64,000 nt of DNA from Candidatus Woesearchaeota archaeon (GCA_964366415.1 CAYITG010000001.1:387203-451202); one strand, 5' to 3'; positions 26,478-36,788 are shown, counted from the first letter of the stretch. Program-made: numbers and translations. The notes: generated from the letters alone by a model not told the origin.

Positions 26478-27804
26478 GTTTCTTTGGTTTCTTTTGTGGT
26501 TTTTGATTACTTAACAATTTCAAACGCAATAATGAATAATTTACCGGGTTCTTGATCTTTGAACAATAATTATCTGGCTTGCAGACTCCCATGGAGACAT
26601 AATAGGCGTCATTTGCGCAGTTGGGGGGAAGCATGATCTGCTGGTTGCGCTTATGCCAGCTAATTTGAGAGCGAACATAACCTTCACGTAACGGTTCGTA
26701 ATTTTTTTTGTTCCAGTCTAGTAACATCTGCTCTATTTCTTCCATGCCATATTTCATATGCTTCAGGAAGTTAATTAAAACCAAAATAGCTCGTTTTCTG
26801 CCATCTGTTGGCACTCCAGCAAGGAGTAATTTAATGCATGGTGGGAAGAGTTCTTCTGAAACTTTGGTTTTTGGCTCAAATGCCTGTTGTTTTTGGAACT
26901 GCTGTTTGTGCTCTTCTTCTTTTTTCTCCATGACAATGGCATTTTTCTTTGCATAATCAAATGCTTGAACCAGCAATTGACTTGCTTCCTGTTCTTGTGG
27001 GGTGGGCATGAATGGATAGACTTTCTCCACATTTTCTATCTTCGCTTGCGATGGACGGAATTGCTTGATCTTATCTGGAGTGATAACGACACTGATCATT
27101 CCTGATTTCTCATTGACAGAATAGGGTGATCGTACAAGATGGCGTGATGAAATTAAAATGGTATCAACATCGATCACTGCAAAAGGATCGAAGATATTTT
27201 TGACCATTAATTTTTCATAGGGAATGCCTGTTGCTTCGCTCATTTCTTTTGGTGTGCTGATAGCAAGAACAGCTGTCTTGAGTTGATCTTTGATTAATTC
27301 AGAAAGGTATTCGGCAATCATGCGCGGCCCTTCCGGAAATAATAGCTGCGTTTTCTTTGCATTGACGGTGGATGGGAATGATGCATAAGGTATTGCAAGG
27401 TGAAATCCACGATTTCCACTAAACTTGAGACCAATATTATTAATCTGGTGGAATTGCAAGGCTTCAATGAGCAATTGCGCCGTTATTTTTGAGAATTCAA
27501 TGAATTTACAATCGATATCTAAAATTAGATCCCAGCCAGAACGTAGTTCATCAAGGTCTTTTCTCGTCATACCTGTCTTTAATTTTAAAGGATCATGCCA
27601 GTGTTCTTCTGAAATATGAAATGAGGTTGCACCTTCTTGTGCTAATTCTTTGATATCTGATTCGTATTGAATAATGTCTGGACGTTTTCCGTAGCCACTT
27701 TCTCCAAACTTGACTGCCACTTCTCTATTTTTAGCAATAGACACTATTTCTGCTTGAACGTCCTTTCTACTATAATACTTTAGTATACGCGGATCAGCCC
27801 CCAT
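26446..27804 (-). CDS. priS: DNA primase: PriS catalytic domain fused to a PriL-like C-terminal Cys-cluster domain
   Basis: PriS motifs LILDIDCKF and SGNRGFHLAIPY; the C-terminal 150 aa (PPCIKLLLAGV...CANDAYYVSMGVCKPDNYCSKI) carry four Cys, resembling the PriL Fe-S domain. Confidence 0.7.
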   Translation of the reverse strand: MGADPRILKYYSRKDVQAEIVSIAKNREVAVKFGESGYGKRPDIIQYESDIKELAQEGATSFHISEEHWHDPLKLKTGMTRKDLDELRSGWDLILDIDCKFIEFSKITAQLLIEALQFHQINNIGLKFSGNRGFHLAIPYASFPSTVNAKKTQLLFPEGPRMIAEYLSELIKDQLKTAVLAISTPKEMSEATGIPYEKLMVKNIFDPFAVIDVDTILISSRHLVRSPYSVNEKSGMISVVITPDKIKQFRPSQAKIENVEKVYPFMPTPQEQEASQLLVQAFDYAKKNAIVMEKKEEEHKQQFQKQQAFEPKTKVSEELFPPCIKLLLAGVPTDGRKRAILVLINFLKHMKYGMEEIEQMLLDWNKKNYEPLREGYVRSQISWHKRNQQIMLPPNCANDAYYVSMGVCKPDNYCSKIKNPVNYSLLRLKLLSNQKPQKKPKKPKKQTTARSS

Positions 27805-27858
27805 ATAGCCTATAAGAATGATTGTGTTTAAAAAGATTTAGACTGTTAGCGAGAAGTA

Positions 27859-28266
27859 TTATTGCTGAGAAGCTGTTTGGATGTCTTGGCGCAGTTTTTG
27901 AGCATGGGCCATCAATTTTTGTATTTCTGCTTGCATACTTTGTGTGATATTTTTCATTTCTTCAATCTGTTGATTCAACATTTTTTGAGCTTCAGGCAAG
28001 CTCTTTTTGACGAGCGTGTTTGCACCAACATTCATCAGCACTTCGTTTGGCTTTTCTAGGGTTGTTTCCATGGACATGCCGGGGCCTATTTGTGCGAACG
28101 CTTTTGCTTTTGGCTTTACTGCTTTCAAGCTTTCAAGATTTTCTACAACTGAAGAAATTTCCGTTGTCTGCTGTTCAAGAATATTTAACTGCTGGTGAAG
28201 AACTTTAATTTGCTGATCAACCATCTGGAATTCAACGATAGATTGTTGTATTTCTTCCTTTTTCAT
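27859..28266 (-). CDS. pfdA: Prefoldin alpha subunit
   Basis: Coiled coil-beta hairpin-coiled coil layout and the position after L14e in the ribosomal protein cluster. Confidence 0.7.
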   Translation of the reverse strand: MKKEEIQQSIVEFQMVDQQIKVLHQQLNILEQQTTEISSVVENLESLKAVKPKAKAFAQIGPGMSMETTLEKPNEVLMNVGANTLVKKSLPEAQKMLNQQIEEMKNITQSMQAEIQKLMAHAQKLRQDIQTASQQ

Positions 28267-28637
28267 TATTTCCTAGATGGTTTTTCAGATTTCTTTTTTT
28301 CTTTCTTTGTCTCTTTTTTTGCTTCTTTTGGTTTTTCTGGTGCTGCTTTCTTTATGTTCCTTACATGCTGCGGTTTTGGACCTTTTTGTTTCTTTGTTTT
28401 TGGTTCGACAATTTCTATCTTTAGACTCTTGAATTCCTTGACCACTTCTGCATGAGGTGCATTCTTCTTTAATTTTAACATCTTTGATGTTGGTTCAAGA
28501 TGAAGAATGTTACAACGCTTTCTTTTGACTTGACCATCAATCGTGACAAATTTATTATCTCCCGTATCAACTATCACAACCATTTTTCCCGCGTCTTTTC
28601 CAGCGGTTTTCACACAAACTCTTCCGATGTCTAGCAT
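28266..28637 (-). CDS. rpl14e: Ribosomal protein L14e
   Basis: KOW-like N-terminus GRVCVKTAGKDAGKMVVIVD followed by a Lys-rich tail. Confidence 0.8.
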   Translation of the reverse strand: MLDIGRVCVKTAGKDAGKMVVIVDTGDNKFVTIDGQVKRKRCNILHLEPTSKMLKLKKNAPHAEVVKEFKSLKIEIVEPKTKKQKGPKPQHVRNIKKAAPEKPKEAKKETKKEKKKSEKPSRK

Positions 28638-28646
28638 ATGTTCACC

Positions 28647-28895
28647 TTATATGGATCTCGCCTTCTCCACCATCATTGATTGCAAGCAATTGAAGCACAT
28701 CACTCCTCCAAATGCACGCTGAGGACGTTTCTTTGACTTTGTTGCGCTTGCTGATACTCCCTGCAAGATCTTTCTGCAAGAAGCACATACTGGCCTGCTT
28801 GATTTCTTTTCGGTGTAATGCGTTACTACTCTCCCGCCAGGTACTTTTCTCTTATGTCTATTCAACTTACGTGATCTGTGTTGTGGGCTTGGCAT
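28647..28895 (-). CDS. rpl34e: Ribosomal protein L34e
   Basis: MPSPQHRSRKLNRHKRK N-terminus and a C4 zinc ribbon. Confidence 0.8.
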   Translation of the reverse strand: MPSPQHRSRKLNRHKRKVPGGRVVTHYTEKKSSRPVCASCRKILQGVSASATKSKKRPQRAFGGVMCFNCLQSMMVEKARSI

Positions 28896-28908
28896 GAGAG
28901 AACCTCGA

Positions 28909-29382
28909 TTAAGAGACTTTTAAAAGCTTTCTGAAAAGCGTATTTGTGACTAAAGATGTTAAAATATATGTCCACAACCAACCAATGCCTATGCCAAAAA
29001 AGGGTATTTTGAAACCCCATGCAAATAAGTCACCAGCCGGAAGATAGGTTGCGCGCAACCATGAGAACAGGATAAGGACAGGAATAAGCGTGTACAAAGA
29101 CGGCCACATCGTATGCCTCATCAACGGCCAATTCTTTTTCATCAATTGCGTGTTGAGATCCATTACTTTTTCTTTATTGTCTCTATTCTTTTTTATTTCT
29201 TCTTGTAATATTTTAATTTCGTCGCGCAATGCTTTGATTGCTTGCTGATTTGATAGATATTTATATGCGATGGTGATCAGAAATGTGATCAATATTGAAA
29301 TGACAATAAGACTCAGTTGAGGCGGAAGATTATTTGTTAAAGGCGAAAAAATAACATCCAAGATTGGTTTAACAATAGCCAT
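28909..29382 (-). CDS. DUF106-family membrane protein (EMC3/TMCO1/YidC-like insertase homolog)
   Basis: Three transmembrane helices with a central coiled coil, in the conserved position downstream of SecY. Confidence 0.6.
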   Translation of the reverse strand: MAIVKPILDVIFSPLTNNLPPQLSLIVISILITFLITIAYKYLSNQQAIKALRDEIKILQEEIKKNRDNKEKVMDLNTQLMKKNWPLMRHTMWPSLYTLIPVLILFSWLRATYLPAGDLFAWGFKIPFFGIGIGWLWTYILTSLVTNTLFRKLLKVS

Positions 29383-29383
29383 T

Positions 29384-30790
29384 TTATTCTCCCATCATCT
29401 TACGCAAGGCAGGGTGCATGTCCACCATGTGCTGCTGCGCAACTTCTTCATATAACTTATAGATAATCATCACTGTTAATAAAATGCTCGTTCCGTTGAC
29501 AAGAGCTCCAGAAATGTCTGCAAGAGCTGCAAGAATACCTATACTTAGTCCTCCCAATACAGTCAAGGGAAAGATGTATCTGCTTAAAATTTGTTCTAAC
29601 ACGCGTGGATCTCGTCTAAATCCGGGCACTTGCAATCCTGATGCGAGGATTTGTTTTGCTTGCGATGATGCATCCATTCCTGATGTCTGCACCCAGAACA
29701 CGGAGAACAGAACGGCACCGCCGATTAAAAATATTGCGTATGTTGCTGCGTGAGCAATATCAGCGAAACGTAATGAGCTTGTGATTAATCCTTGTATTAC
29801 GTTCGGAGGAGTAATCCACAAGACAAATCCTGATGCAGGCGTATTTCCTACATAAGTTCCTAAGAACGGATGACCCCAGTTCTCCAATAATCGCGCCCAT
29901 AATTGGAAATTAGCAATCAAGGCAGCTGTCAAGATAACAGGAATATTTGATGTGTAAAGGAAACGAAGTGGCCATCGAATACCATGACCCCGCACTCTTC
30001 CAAATGATAAGGGAATTTCAATTTTCATAGCCTGCGTATAGACTGATATGACAAACACAATAATTGTTGCAAGAATTGCTGATAATGCAAGGACTGCGCC
30101 TAAAGGATTTCTGCTAATTAATGAGGAAAACAGTACCCATACCTGACCGACAGGAGCTTCTCCCGTACCAAAAGCTAGTGTTCCTGCACTTGTCAAAGGA
30201 GAGAACGCGCGAATGAATAATGAAGCTGAAACTCCTGCTGCGATGAACAAGGACACGCCAGACCCAAATCCATATTTGCTTGTTACTTCATCCATGTATA
30301 ATACTAAGACGCCACCTAAGCATAATTGAAGGACTAAGAGGAATTGATAAGAAGTGTATGCGGCTGTTCCTAATAATGCTTGCGAAGGAGCAAGACCGCC
30401 CATGAATACATAGATTGCGGCTTCAAAGACAATAAAGAAGAGCGTCAATACTTTGTTGAGGCCTTGGAAATATGCGCGTCCTTCTTTGCTTGTTGTATCA
30501 ATTTTAAGGATGCCAGAACCGGCAAGCAATTGCAAGACGATGGAAGCTGTGACGATAGGACCAATACCCAAAGAAAGAATGGATCCGAAGCTTGCACCTA
30601 AGATGACTGATAATGATTCAAATTGCGATAATGCATTTTCTCCCAATCCGAACAAAGGAATAGAAGAAAGAACAAAAAATGCGACAAGAATAATCAATGT
30701 CCATTTTAGTTTTGTACCAAATGACAGGCGTTGTTCTGTTGGTTTTCTTACTTCCGGCAAAAATTCTAAGATGCGTTCGAAAAATCCCAT
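29384..30790 (-). CDS. secY: Protein translocase subunit SecY
   Basis: Ten-transmembrane SecY/Sec61-alpha pattern, 468 aa, after L15. Confidence 0.9.
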   Translation of the reverse strand: MGFFERILEFLPEVRKPTEQRLSFGTKLKWTLIILVAFFVLSSIPLFGLGENALSQFESLSVILGASFGSILSLGIGPIVTASIVLQLLAGSGILKIDTTSKEGRAYFQGLNKVLTLFFIVFEAAIYVFMGGLAPSQALLGTAAYTSYQFLLVLQLCLGGVLVLYMDEVTSKYGFGSGVSLFIAAGVSASLFIRAFSPLTSAGTLAFGTGEAPVGQVWVLFSSLISRNPLGAVLALSAILATIIVFVISVYTQAMKIEIPLSFGRVRGHGIRWPLRFLYTSNIPVILTAALIANFQLWARLLENWGHPFLGTYVGNTPASGFVLWITPPNVIQGLITSSLRFADIAHAATYAIFLIGGAVLFSVFWVQTSGMDASSQAKQILASGLQVPGFRRDPRVLEQILSRYIFPLTVLGGLSIGILAALADISGALVNGTSILLTVMIIYKLYEEVAQQHMVDMHPALRKMMGE

Positions 30791-30791
30791 T

Positions 30792-31199
30792 TTATTGAGG
30801 TACTTCTACTTTTCCCCCTGCTTTTTCGATTTTTTCCTTTGCTCTTTGCGAGCAGGCTTCTACAACAATATGATATTTACGCTGAGGCGTACCTCGAGCA
30901 AGAAGTTTATTCACGCCCCGTTCTGTAAGATTAACTTTTTCTTCATGGGGCAATTCGTCGATATTCATAATGGTGACATGCTTGACAACTTCGGGTGGGC
31001 GCGTGAATCCATGCTTGCCAAAATATTCAGGTCCGAATTCCTTGAGAATCCATGTTTTACGCTGATCGGCACGCTTCCCAGAACCCGCCATACCGCGTCC
31101 GCCACGATTACCTGCTCCGCGGTGCTTCTTCATACTGCCGAAGCCGTATGTTGTTTTTCCACGGAAACGTTTGTTCTTTTTACGGTGACGTACGACCAT
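30792..31199 (-). CDS. rpl15: Ribosomal protein L15 (uL15)
   Basis: Gly/Arg-rich N-terminus (GAGNRGGRGMAGSGKRADQRK). Confidence 0.85.
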   Translation of the reverse strand: MVVRHRKKNKRFRGKTTYGFGSMKKHRGAGNRGGRGMAGSGKRADQRKTWILKEFGPEYFGKHGFTRPPEVVKHVTIMNIDELPHEEKVNLTERGVNKLLARGTPQRKYHIVVEACSQRAKEKIEKAGGKVEVPQ

Positions 31200-31200
31200 G

Positions 31201-31719
31201 TTAAATCATCCTTTGTATTAAATCATTAATTTTATTTTTACGATATCCCAATGCACCACCCATTGAAAATTGAGTTTTGATGCCTTTGCGTTCAAAACCA
31301 CGACGTGGTGGGCTTAGTTTAAAGAATGTTTTCAAGCCTGGCACTTCTTTTAATTCTGCTTTGAATTCCATGAATTTTTTAGAGAATTCTTCTAATCCCA
31401 TTTTCATTTTTTCTTTGAGATATATTTCTGTTAATGGTTCTTTGCCTGGCAACTTGCCTCTTTTTTCCAACAATAATTTGAATGTTGGTTCATCTATTTC
31501 TCCCCAGGTGGCTGCATTTTTTATTACATTTAACATGCCCAAATATGGTGCAGTATTGGGAACAACCACGCAATGGTTCTTCTTGTAGAGACATAATAAG
31601 TCAAACGTCTTTCTCATATCTACTTTCATTCCAGGAGTTCCTTTTATTCTGATGATTGCAACACGTGCGCTCTTCTGCTGCACAGCTTCTTTCATTTCTT
31701 TGTTTTGTGCAGGCATCAT
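31201..31719 (-). CDS. rpl30: Ribosomal protein L30 (uL30)
   Basis: Ferredoxin-like L30 core (VAIIRIKGTPGM...TFDLLCL) and position in the cluster. Confidence 0.85.
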   Translation of the reverse strand: MMPAQNKEMKEAVQQKSARVAIIRIKGTPGMKVDMRKTFDLLCLYKKNHCVVVPNTAPYLGMLNVIKNAATWGEIDEPTFKLLLEKRGKLPGKEPLTEIYLKEKMKMGLEEFSKKFMEFKAELKEVPGLKTFFKLSPPRRGFERKGIKTQFSMGGALGYRKNKINDLIQRMI

Positions 31720-32489
31720 TTGTTACCTTCCTTTATGCCTAAGGTCTTGACGTATTCTTGTTTGATTTTGATTTGTGATAATTTTATTAATGCATCCATG
31801 CATGCTTTGACAAGATTTAATTTTGTTCTTGTGCTGTGATGTGTGGCAGTATAAATATCCCTGATACCTGCGAGTGCAAGAATTTTACTACATTCTTTTT
31901 CTGCACAAATGCCCGTACCTTTTGGCGCTGGCATGAGTTCGATGCTGACAGAACCACATTTTCCTTTGATCTTGAATGGAATGGAGTGAGGAGTTCCACA
32001 GCCACATTCCCATGATCCACAGCCTCGTCGTACTTTAATCAGGTTTATTTTTGCCTGACGGACTGATTTTTCTCGTGCAGGAACTGTTTCCTTTGCTTTT
32101 CCTAATCCAATACCAACGTATCCATCCCTATTTCCTATAATCGCTACGGCAGAAAATTTAGGTTTATTTCCTTCGCTTGTTTTCTTCTGTGTTTGACGCC
32201 AAATGCTTCTCTTTCCACCACCAAATTTACCTTTGGACTGACCGACAGACACTAAATCGACCTGCATGTTCGGCAACAAGAAATCAACTATTTCTCCTTC
32301 CATGATGCGCATACCGCTATCAAGAATCGTGTCAATATCTGTAATTCCTCCAGATTTGACTTTTGTTCCAATGGCTGTTTTTGGATGCCACGCTTCCCTA
32401 TCAAATGGTTTCTCCCTTGAGAAGCCACGTTTTTCGATAGGAACATTGCGTACTTCTGCACTTTCCGAAGGTTTTATGTCGTCTGTCAT
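31716..32489 (-). CDS. rps5: Ribosomal protein S5 (uS5)
   Basis: S5 dsRBD plus C-terminal domain (KGKFGGGKRS..., GIRDIYTA). Confidence 0.85.
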   Translation of the reverse strand: MTDDIKPSESAEVRNVPIEKRGFSREKPFDREAWHPKTAIGTKVKSGGITDIDTILDSGMRIMEGEIVDFLLPNMQVDLVSVGQSKGKFGGGKRSIWRQTQKKTSEGNKPKFSAVAIIGNRDGYVGIGLGKAKETVPAREKSVRQAKINLIKVRRGCGSWECGCGTPHSIPFKIKGKCGSVSIELMPAPKGTGICAEKECSKILALAGIRDIYTATHHSTRTKLNLVKACMDALIKLSQIKIKQEYVKTLGIKEGNK

Positions 32490-32992
32490 TTCTTTGTTGA
32501 TGCGTCTATTTTTGTTTTAACTTCTTGGAAGGGAATTTGTGTTTTGAGATGCTTTCCCTGAATGCGATCAGCAGAAGGCATCAATTCTGTTGAATGTGGA
32601 ATGTCCAATCCTGCATCAACTGCTCCCTTCAAACATGAGAACAGGATGGATCCTTTCGTAATGCTTTGCAAGCCAATGTCACAAATGGCTTTCTTAATGT
32701 TTTTTTGCTGGGCTTTTTTCCCCATGAGGTATCCTGCAAAGTATGCCGCTGGTGTGTTGCGTGATGCAAATTTCCAGCCATATTTCTTTTGCAATTCTTT
32801 TGTTGTGGTTGCACAAAGCACATGGTCTCCTTGAGGACTGTATTCTATTAATTGCACAGAGATATTTTTCAATGATTTCCTGACTACGAAACGCGGCAGA
32901 CGCGATGTAATCATGCGTAACCGTTTTTGGTAGTTTGTTTTACCTTCTCTATGTCTTCTTTTCTGAAGACCGTGTCTTCTTTTGAGTTTCAT
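32486..32992 (-). CDS. rpl18: Ribosomal protein L18 (uL18)
   Basis: KRRHREGKTNYQKRLRM motif. Confidence 0.85.
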   Translation of the reverse strand: MKLKRRHGLQKRRHREGKTNYQKRLRMITSRLPRFVVRKSLKNISVQLIEYSPQGDHVLCATTTKELQKKYGWKFASRNTPAAYFAGYLMGKKAQQKNIKKAICDIGLQSITKGSILFSCLKGAVDAGLDIPHSTELMPSADRIQGKHLKTQIPFQEVKTKIDASTKK

Positions 32993-33437
32993 GGTGACCT
33001 AATTTATGTTCCTCCAAGTATAATTTAATGTGACGTTTGCTTCTAAAGAACCCTCCTTTTGCCTTCTTATAAAGCATATGGTAGGTTTCTGTTTTGATGA
33101 GCTCTTTATCACGAAGGAGCTTCAAGAATCCACGTTGAATACGAATTCTATGCGCCCAGTCTTGTTTCATATTTTTACGAGCTGTCTTTTTTCCTTTTCT
33201 GGAGCCCATTCCTCGCTGACGTCCTTTTCTTTTTTGGATAAGATTCTTACGGAATCGACCATGTGAAATGGACACTTTAGGGCGTTTTTGAATTGCCTTA
33301 TCATGAATTAAGTGACGAATGTCTGCTTTCGTGATGGCTTGCTTGATTTCTTCCATTCGGGCATTATCAAACCATACTCTTCCCTGGCCACATTTCATCA
33401 CTTGAGCTGCAATTCTGCGTTGTGAGGTGAGTCTCAT
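32949..33437 (-). CDS. rpl19e: Ribosomal protein L19e
   Basis: MRLTSQRRIAAQVMKCGQGRVWFD N-terminus. Confidence 0.85.
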   Translation of the reverse strand: MRLTSQRRIAAQVMKCGQGRVWFDNARMEEIKQAITKADIRHLIHDKAIQKRPKVSISHGRFRKNLIQKRKGRQRGMGSRKGKKTARKNMKQDWAHRIRIQRGFLKLLRDKELIKTETYHMLYKKAKGGFFRSKRHIKLYLEEHKLGHHETQKKTRSSEKKT

Positions 33438-34000
33438 TTTTTCTGCTCCAACAGTTTACGCTTTTCTTCTTTCTCACGTTTTTCTTTTTCTTCTGGAACT
33501 TCTTCTTTCTTTTCTTCCACTTTTTCAGCTTTCTTCAAGCGCTCTGCTTTCGCTTTTTCTTTTCTTGTAAGCTTTGATTTCTTGGTTTCTTTGCGTTGTT
33601 TTAATGATGCTTCAGTTTCTGCAAGGAATTTGTCCAGATCTTTGATGTTGAGAACTCGCAGTTTCATTTCTTTTGCTTTCTTGACAATTTCTATTCTTTT
33701 TCGCATTCCTACTGTGGATGCAATCGTGATAGGATCTTTGACCCCTGTTAATTGTGCGACATTTGATATTATAATAACTTGGTAACCATCACGCGTCAAA
33801 CCACGCACTTCTTTTGGAGAGGAGAATCCTATGGATGGTTGCCGACGAAGACTTCGTAACTTCAACCGCATCTTAGAATGCATACCCTCAGGTTTACGCC
33901 AGTGTCTCTTAATACGGATTGCTTTTTGCCAGTCCTGTCTAATGAACTCCGGCATTTTCTTTTTCAATGCGTTTCTTTTTTCTAGCAATTCCTTATTCAT
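33434..34000 (-). CDS. rpl32e: Ribosomal protein L32e with a Lys/Glu-rich C-terminal extension
   Basis: L32e core (RQDWQKAIRIKRHWRKPEGMHSKMR) plus a roughly 55-aa tail (KETKKSKLTRKEKAKAERLKKAEKVEEKKEEVPEEKEKREKEEKRK). Confidence 0.85.
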   Translation of the reverse strand: MNKELLEKRNALKKKMPEFIRQDWQKAIRIKRHWRKPEGMHSKMRLKLRSLRRQPSIGFSSPKEVRGLTRDGYQVIIISNVAQLTGVKDPITIASTVGMRKRIEIVKKAKEMKLRVLNIKDLDKFLAETEASLKQRKETKKSKLTRKEKAKAERLKKAEKVEEKKEEVPEEKEKREKEEKRKLLEQKK

Positions 34001-34581
34001 ATGAAATTCCGTCCTGGTTTTTCAGTGATATAACAACCATCTTGGAAGACGCGGCGGTCACGCTTTCCGACGCGTGTTGCCTGCTCAAGATTTGCGGCAG
34101 TTTGACCTGCTGCTTCAAGATCAAAGGATTGAACAAGAATCGCATCTTTGTCTATTTTTACCGTTACGTTGGGTAAAACCTTAGATTTACGTGGAATCTT
34201 TTCCCCAAGGAAGTTTGAGATCGTAACATATTGTCCTTCCACTTTTATAGTGATAGGGAAGTGGCCTGAACAGATTTTTAACTTATATTGGTAAGGATTT
34301 TGTACGCCTTGTATCATGTTGTTAATGTGTGATTTAATGGTGTATAACATGCGTTTTTGTTTACGCAAGGAAGATGATGTAGAGAGCGTAATAGTATTGT
34401 TTTCTTCTTTTATTGTGACTAACGGATTTCCAACCATACGTTGAAGAGTGCCCAGTTTACCTTTGACAGACAATATGTGCCCGTCTAATGTAGCTTCAAT
34501 ACCTTGCGGCACAGTTACTGTTTCTTCTATTTTTCTTGCCACTTGTTCTGGTTGTTTTTTCATCTTAGTAGAAGTATGCAA
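33997..34581 (-). CDS. rpl6: Ribosomal protein L6 (uL6)
   Basis: Two L6 alpha/beta repeats; position in the cluster. Confidence 0.85.
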   Translation of the reverse strand: MHTSTKMKKQPEQVARKIEETVTVPQGIEATLDGHILSVKGKLGTLQRMVGNPLVTIKEENNTITLSTSSSLRKQKRMLYTIKSHINNMIQGVQNPYQYKLKICSGHFPITIKVEGQYVTISNFLGEKIPRKSKVLPNVTVKIDKDAILVQSFDLEAAGQTAANLEQATRVGKRDRRVFQDGCYITEKPGRNFI

Positions 34582-34954
34582 TTAACGTCCCTCCGATGCC
34601 TTTCTTCTTTGCTTCATGATGGGTAATCATTCCTTGTGAAGTTGATACAATAATGATGCCAACGTCTTTTGCTGGCAAGAAACGTTTTTCGAATTTTTCA
34701 TAATTATCTTTCTTGACAGAGAAGCGTGGTTTAATGACTGCACATTTATTGAGTGTTCCGACGATGTTGATCTTTATGTAAGGCATGACCTTTTGATCAA
34801 TAACTTCGAATTTTCCAATGTACATATTATCACGCATGATCTCCAGTACCTTTTTGATTGTTTTTGATGTTGGAGAGACTTCACACTCTGTCTTTCCTTT
34901 CTTTTGGGCATTCATGATGATGTTCATCACATTGGCTAAAGGGTCTGTAAGCAT
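34565..34954 (-). CDS. rps8: Ribosomal protein S8 (uS8)
   Basis: MLTDPLANVMNIIMNAQKKGK N-terminus. Confidence 0.85.
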   Translation of the reverse strand: MLTDPLANVMNIIMNAQKKGKTECEVSPTSKTIKKVLEIMRDNMYIGKFEVIDQKVMPYIKINIVGTLNKCAVIKPRFSVKKDNYEKFEKRFLPAKDVGIIIVSTSQGMITHHEAKKKGIGGTLIAYFY

Positions 34955-34962
34955 TTTTTCTC

Positions 34963-35193
34963 CTAGCTATATTTTTTGAATCCTATTGATGGCGCAATCT
35001 CTCTGAAACATTGTCTGCAGAGGTGCAATCCATATTTTTGAATGTGAGCATGTGTTCTTCCACATCGACGACATTTACGCAATGCCGCGCCGCATGTACG
35101 CTTGATGGGAGCATTGTGCTTCTTGAACTTTTCATGTTTTGCAGGTTTGCTCTTCAACTGCTTCAAGATCTTTACGTAGCTACTTGTTGTCAT
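34963..35193 (-). CDS. rps14: Ribosomal protein S14 (uS14, zinc-binding type)
   Basis: C-x2-C...C-x2-C (CRRCGRT...CRQC). Confidence 0.8.
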   Translation of the reverse strand: MTTSSYVKILKQLKSKPAKHEKFKKHNAPIKRTCGAALRKCRRCGRTHAHIQKYGLHLCRQCFREIAPSIGFKKYS

Positions 35194-35194
35194 C

Positions 35195-35734
35195 TTATTC
35201 GATCCTCGTTTGGAATTTGCTTTTCATATATTCCATTGCTTCTTCTTTTGTAATCATGTGCTTTTTTGGTATGCTCATACGCTTTCGTGCACGACTGCGG
35301 ATACGAAATCCTGGACGCATTAATGTGACAGCAACTTCCAAACCAATAATGCCGATGGTTGCGTCATATTCGACACCCGGAATTTCAATATACTCTGGTA
35401 TGCCGAATGCCAAATTTCCTGTGATATCAAATTTTGATGCTGGTAAGCTATCTGCTCGCGCTTTCAATAAACGCACTAATAACTCTTCGGCTTTCTTTCC
35501 ACGAATCGTCACTTTTGCTCCAATCTCTAATCCTGGCCTTACTCCCCATGTTGGAATTCTTTTCTTTGTTTTTCTGGAAACTGGTTTCGATTGGGAAATC
35601 TTTTGCAAGAGCTTCAATGCTTTTTCCAATTTTTCTCCAGGCATACCTGTTCCAATGTTTAAGGTGATCTTCTCTACTCTAATGTTTCTCATAGGGTTTT
35701 CCTTGATCACTTGTGTTGTTTGCATTGTTACCAA
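35195..35734 (-). CDS. rpl5: Ribosomal protein L5 (uL5)
   Basis: [16 protein letters not shown] motif. Confidence 0.85.
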   Translation of the reverse strand: MVTMQTTQVIKENPMRNIRVEKITLNIGTGMPGEKLEKALKLLQKISQSKPVSRKTKKRIPTWGVRPGLEIGAKVTIRGKKAEELLVRLLKARADSLPASKFDITGNLAFGIPEYIEIPGVEYDATIGIIGLEVAVTLMRPGFRIRSRARKRMSIPKKHMITKEEAMEYMKSKFQTRIE

Positions 35735-36402
35735 ACCTTCTCTATTACGAAGACGTAATCTTTCAATGTTTCAATCTTTCCTTCTTTTGTTTCCATGATG
35801 ATACGATCATTTTCCATTCCCTTGAATTTTGTGATGTCAATAAGCTTTCCAACTTTTCCAATGTGTTTTCCACCCGTTAGATAGATTAATGAGCCTTTTT
35901 CAAGTTTGATGTGACGCTTGATTTTACCTTCAGCAACAATAACTGTGTCGCCTACCTTGTAGGAATCTTTATCGACAACAATGTTTTTACCGTCGTACAA
36001 ATTAATTTGTATTTTTTTCTTACGAAGAGTATGCTTACCGATAATTTTACATGATTTTTCTTTTGGATCTGTATCAAGCTTCTTGAGCATGAATTTTCCT
36101 TTGTCTGAATACATGACCATATAGGACTGGTGTATTGAAGGAATGCTAATAATATCCATTAAGCCCACCGGGAATCTGTAGTCTTTACGTGGAACACCAT
36201 CAACGTAGACAAGATTTTGTTGTAATATCTTTTTGACTTCGCGTGTCGTATTTGCCATATTCAAGAAGTCTTTCAATGCCAAATTAAGGGTAATACACTC
36301 ATTCTTCTTGTGTGGGCCTGGCATAGGCGTTGCTATGAATGTTGTATCTTTCTTTCGAATACTCCACGAATTCGGAACGGTGAGTCTCTTTAGGTGGGCC
36401 AT
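35728..36402 (-). CDS. rps4e: Ribosomal protein S4e
   Basis: MAHLKRLTVPNSWSI N-terminus plus S4 and KOW domains. Confidence 0.85.
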   Translation of the reverse strand: MAHLKRLTVPNSWSIRKKDTTFIATPMPGPHKKNECITLNLALKDFLNMANTTREVKKILQQNLVYVDGVPRKDYRFPVGLMDIISIPSIHQSYMVMYSDKGKFMLKKLDTDPKEKSCKIIGKHTLRKKKIQINLYDGKNIVVDKDSYKVGDTVIVAEGKIKRHIKLEKGSLIYLTGGKHIGKVGKLIDITKFKGMENDRIIMETKEGKIETLKDYVFVIEKVW

Positions 36403-36403
36403 T

Positions 36404-36787
36404 TTACTTCTTTGCTCCTTCTAATTTTGCTCGTGTTTGTTTATCCTCTGTTATCAGCTCAATAATCTGCACATTGCTTGGGTGAATAGGATAGAAGGTT
36501 TTTGTACCATCTCGCTTCACATGCTGCATACCCTCAATAGTTATTCTGCTCTTGCGTAAGTTAACAGACATGATTCTTCCTGTTTGTTTTTTGAATTGTC
36601 CTCGCATTATTTTTACCGTATATCCTTTTCTCAACGTCAATGCTCTTCGCTTGTACTTTTTTCTCAATTCTTTTGACAAATGCGCTGCTATGAATTTCTG
36701 TTTCACGTGAAGAGGAGCGTTCTTTTGGTATTTACGCTGCTTTCTTCGTTGCGTACTTGACTTCCATGACGGTGAGAACATTTTCAT
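36404..36787 (-). CDS. rpl24: Ribosomal protein L24 (uL24)
   Basis: KOW motif GYTVKIMRGQFKKQTGRI. Confidence 0.85.
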   Translation of the reverse strand: MKMFSPSWKSSTQRRKQRKYQKNAPLHVKQKFIAAHLSKELRKKYKRRALTLRKGYTVKIMRGQFKKQTGRIMSVNLRKSRITIEGMQHVKRDGTKTFYPIHPSNVQIIELITEDKQTRAKLEGAKK

Positions 36788-36788
36788 A

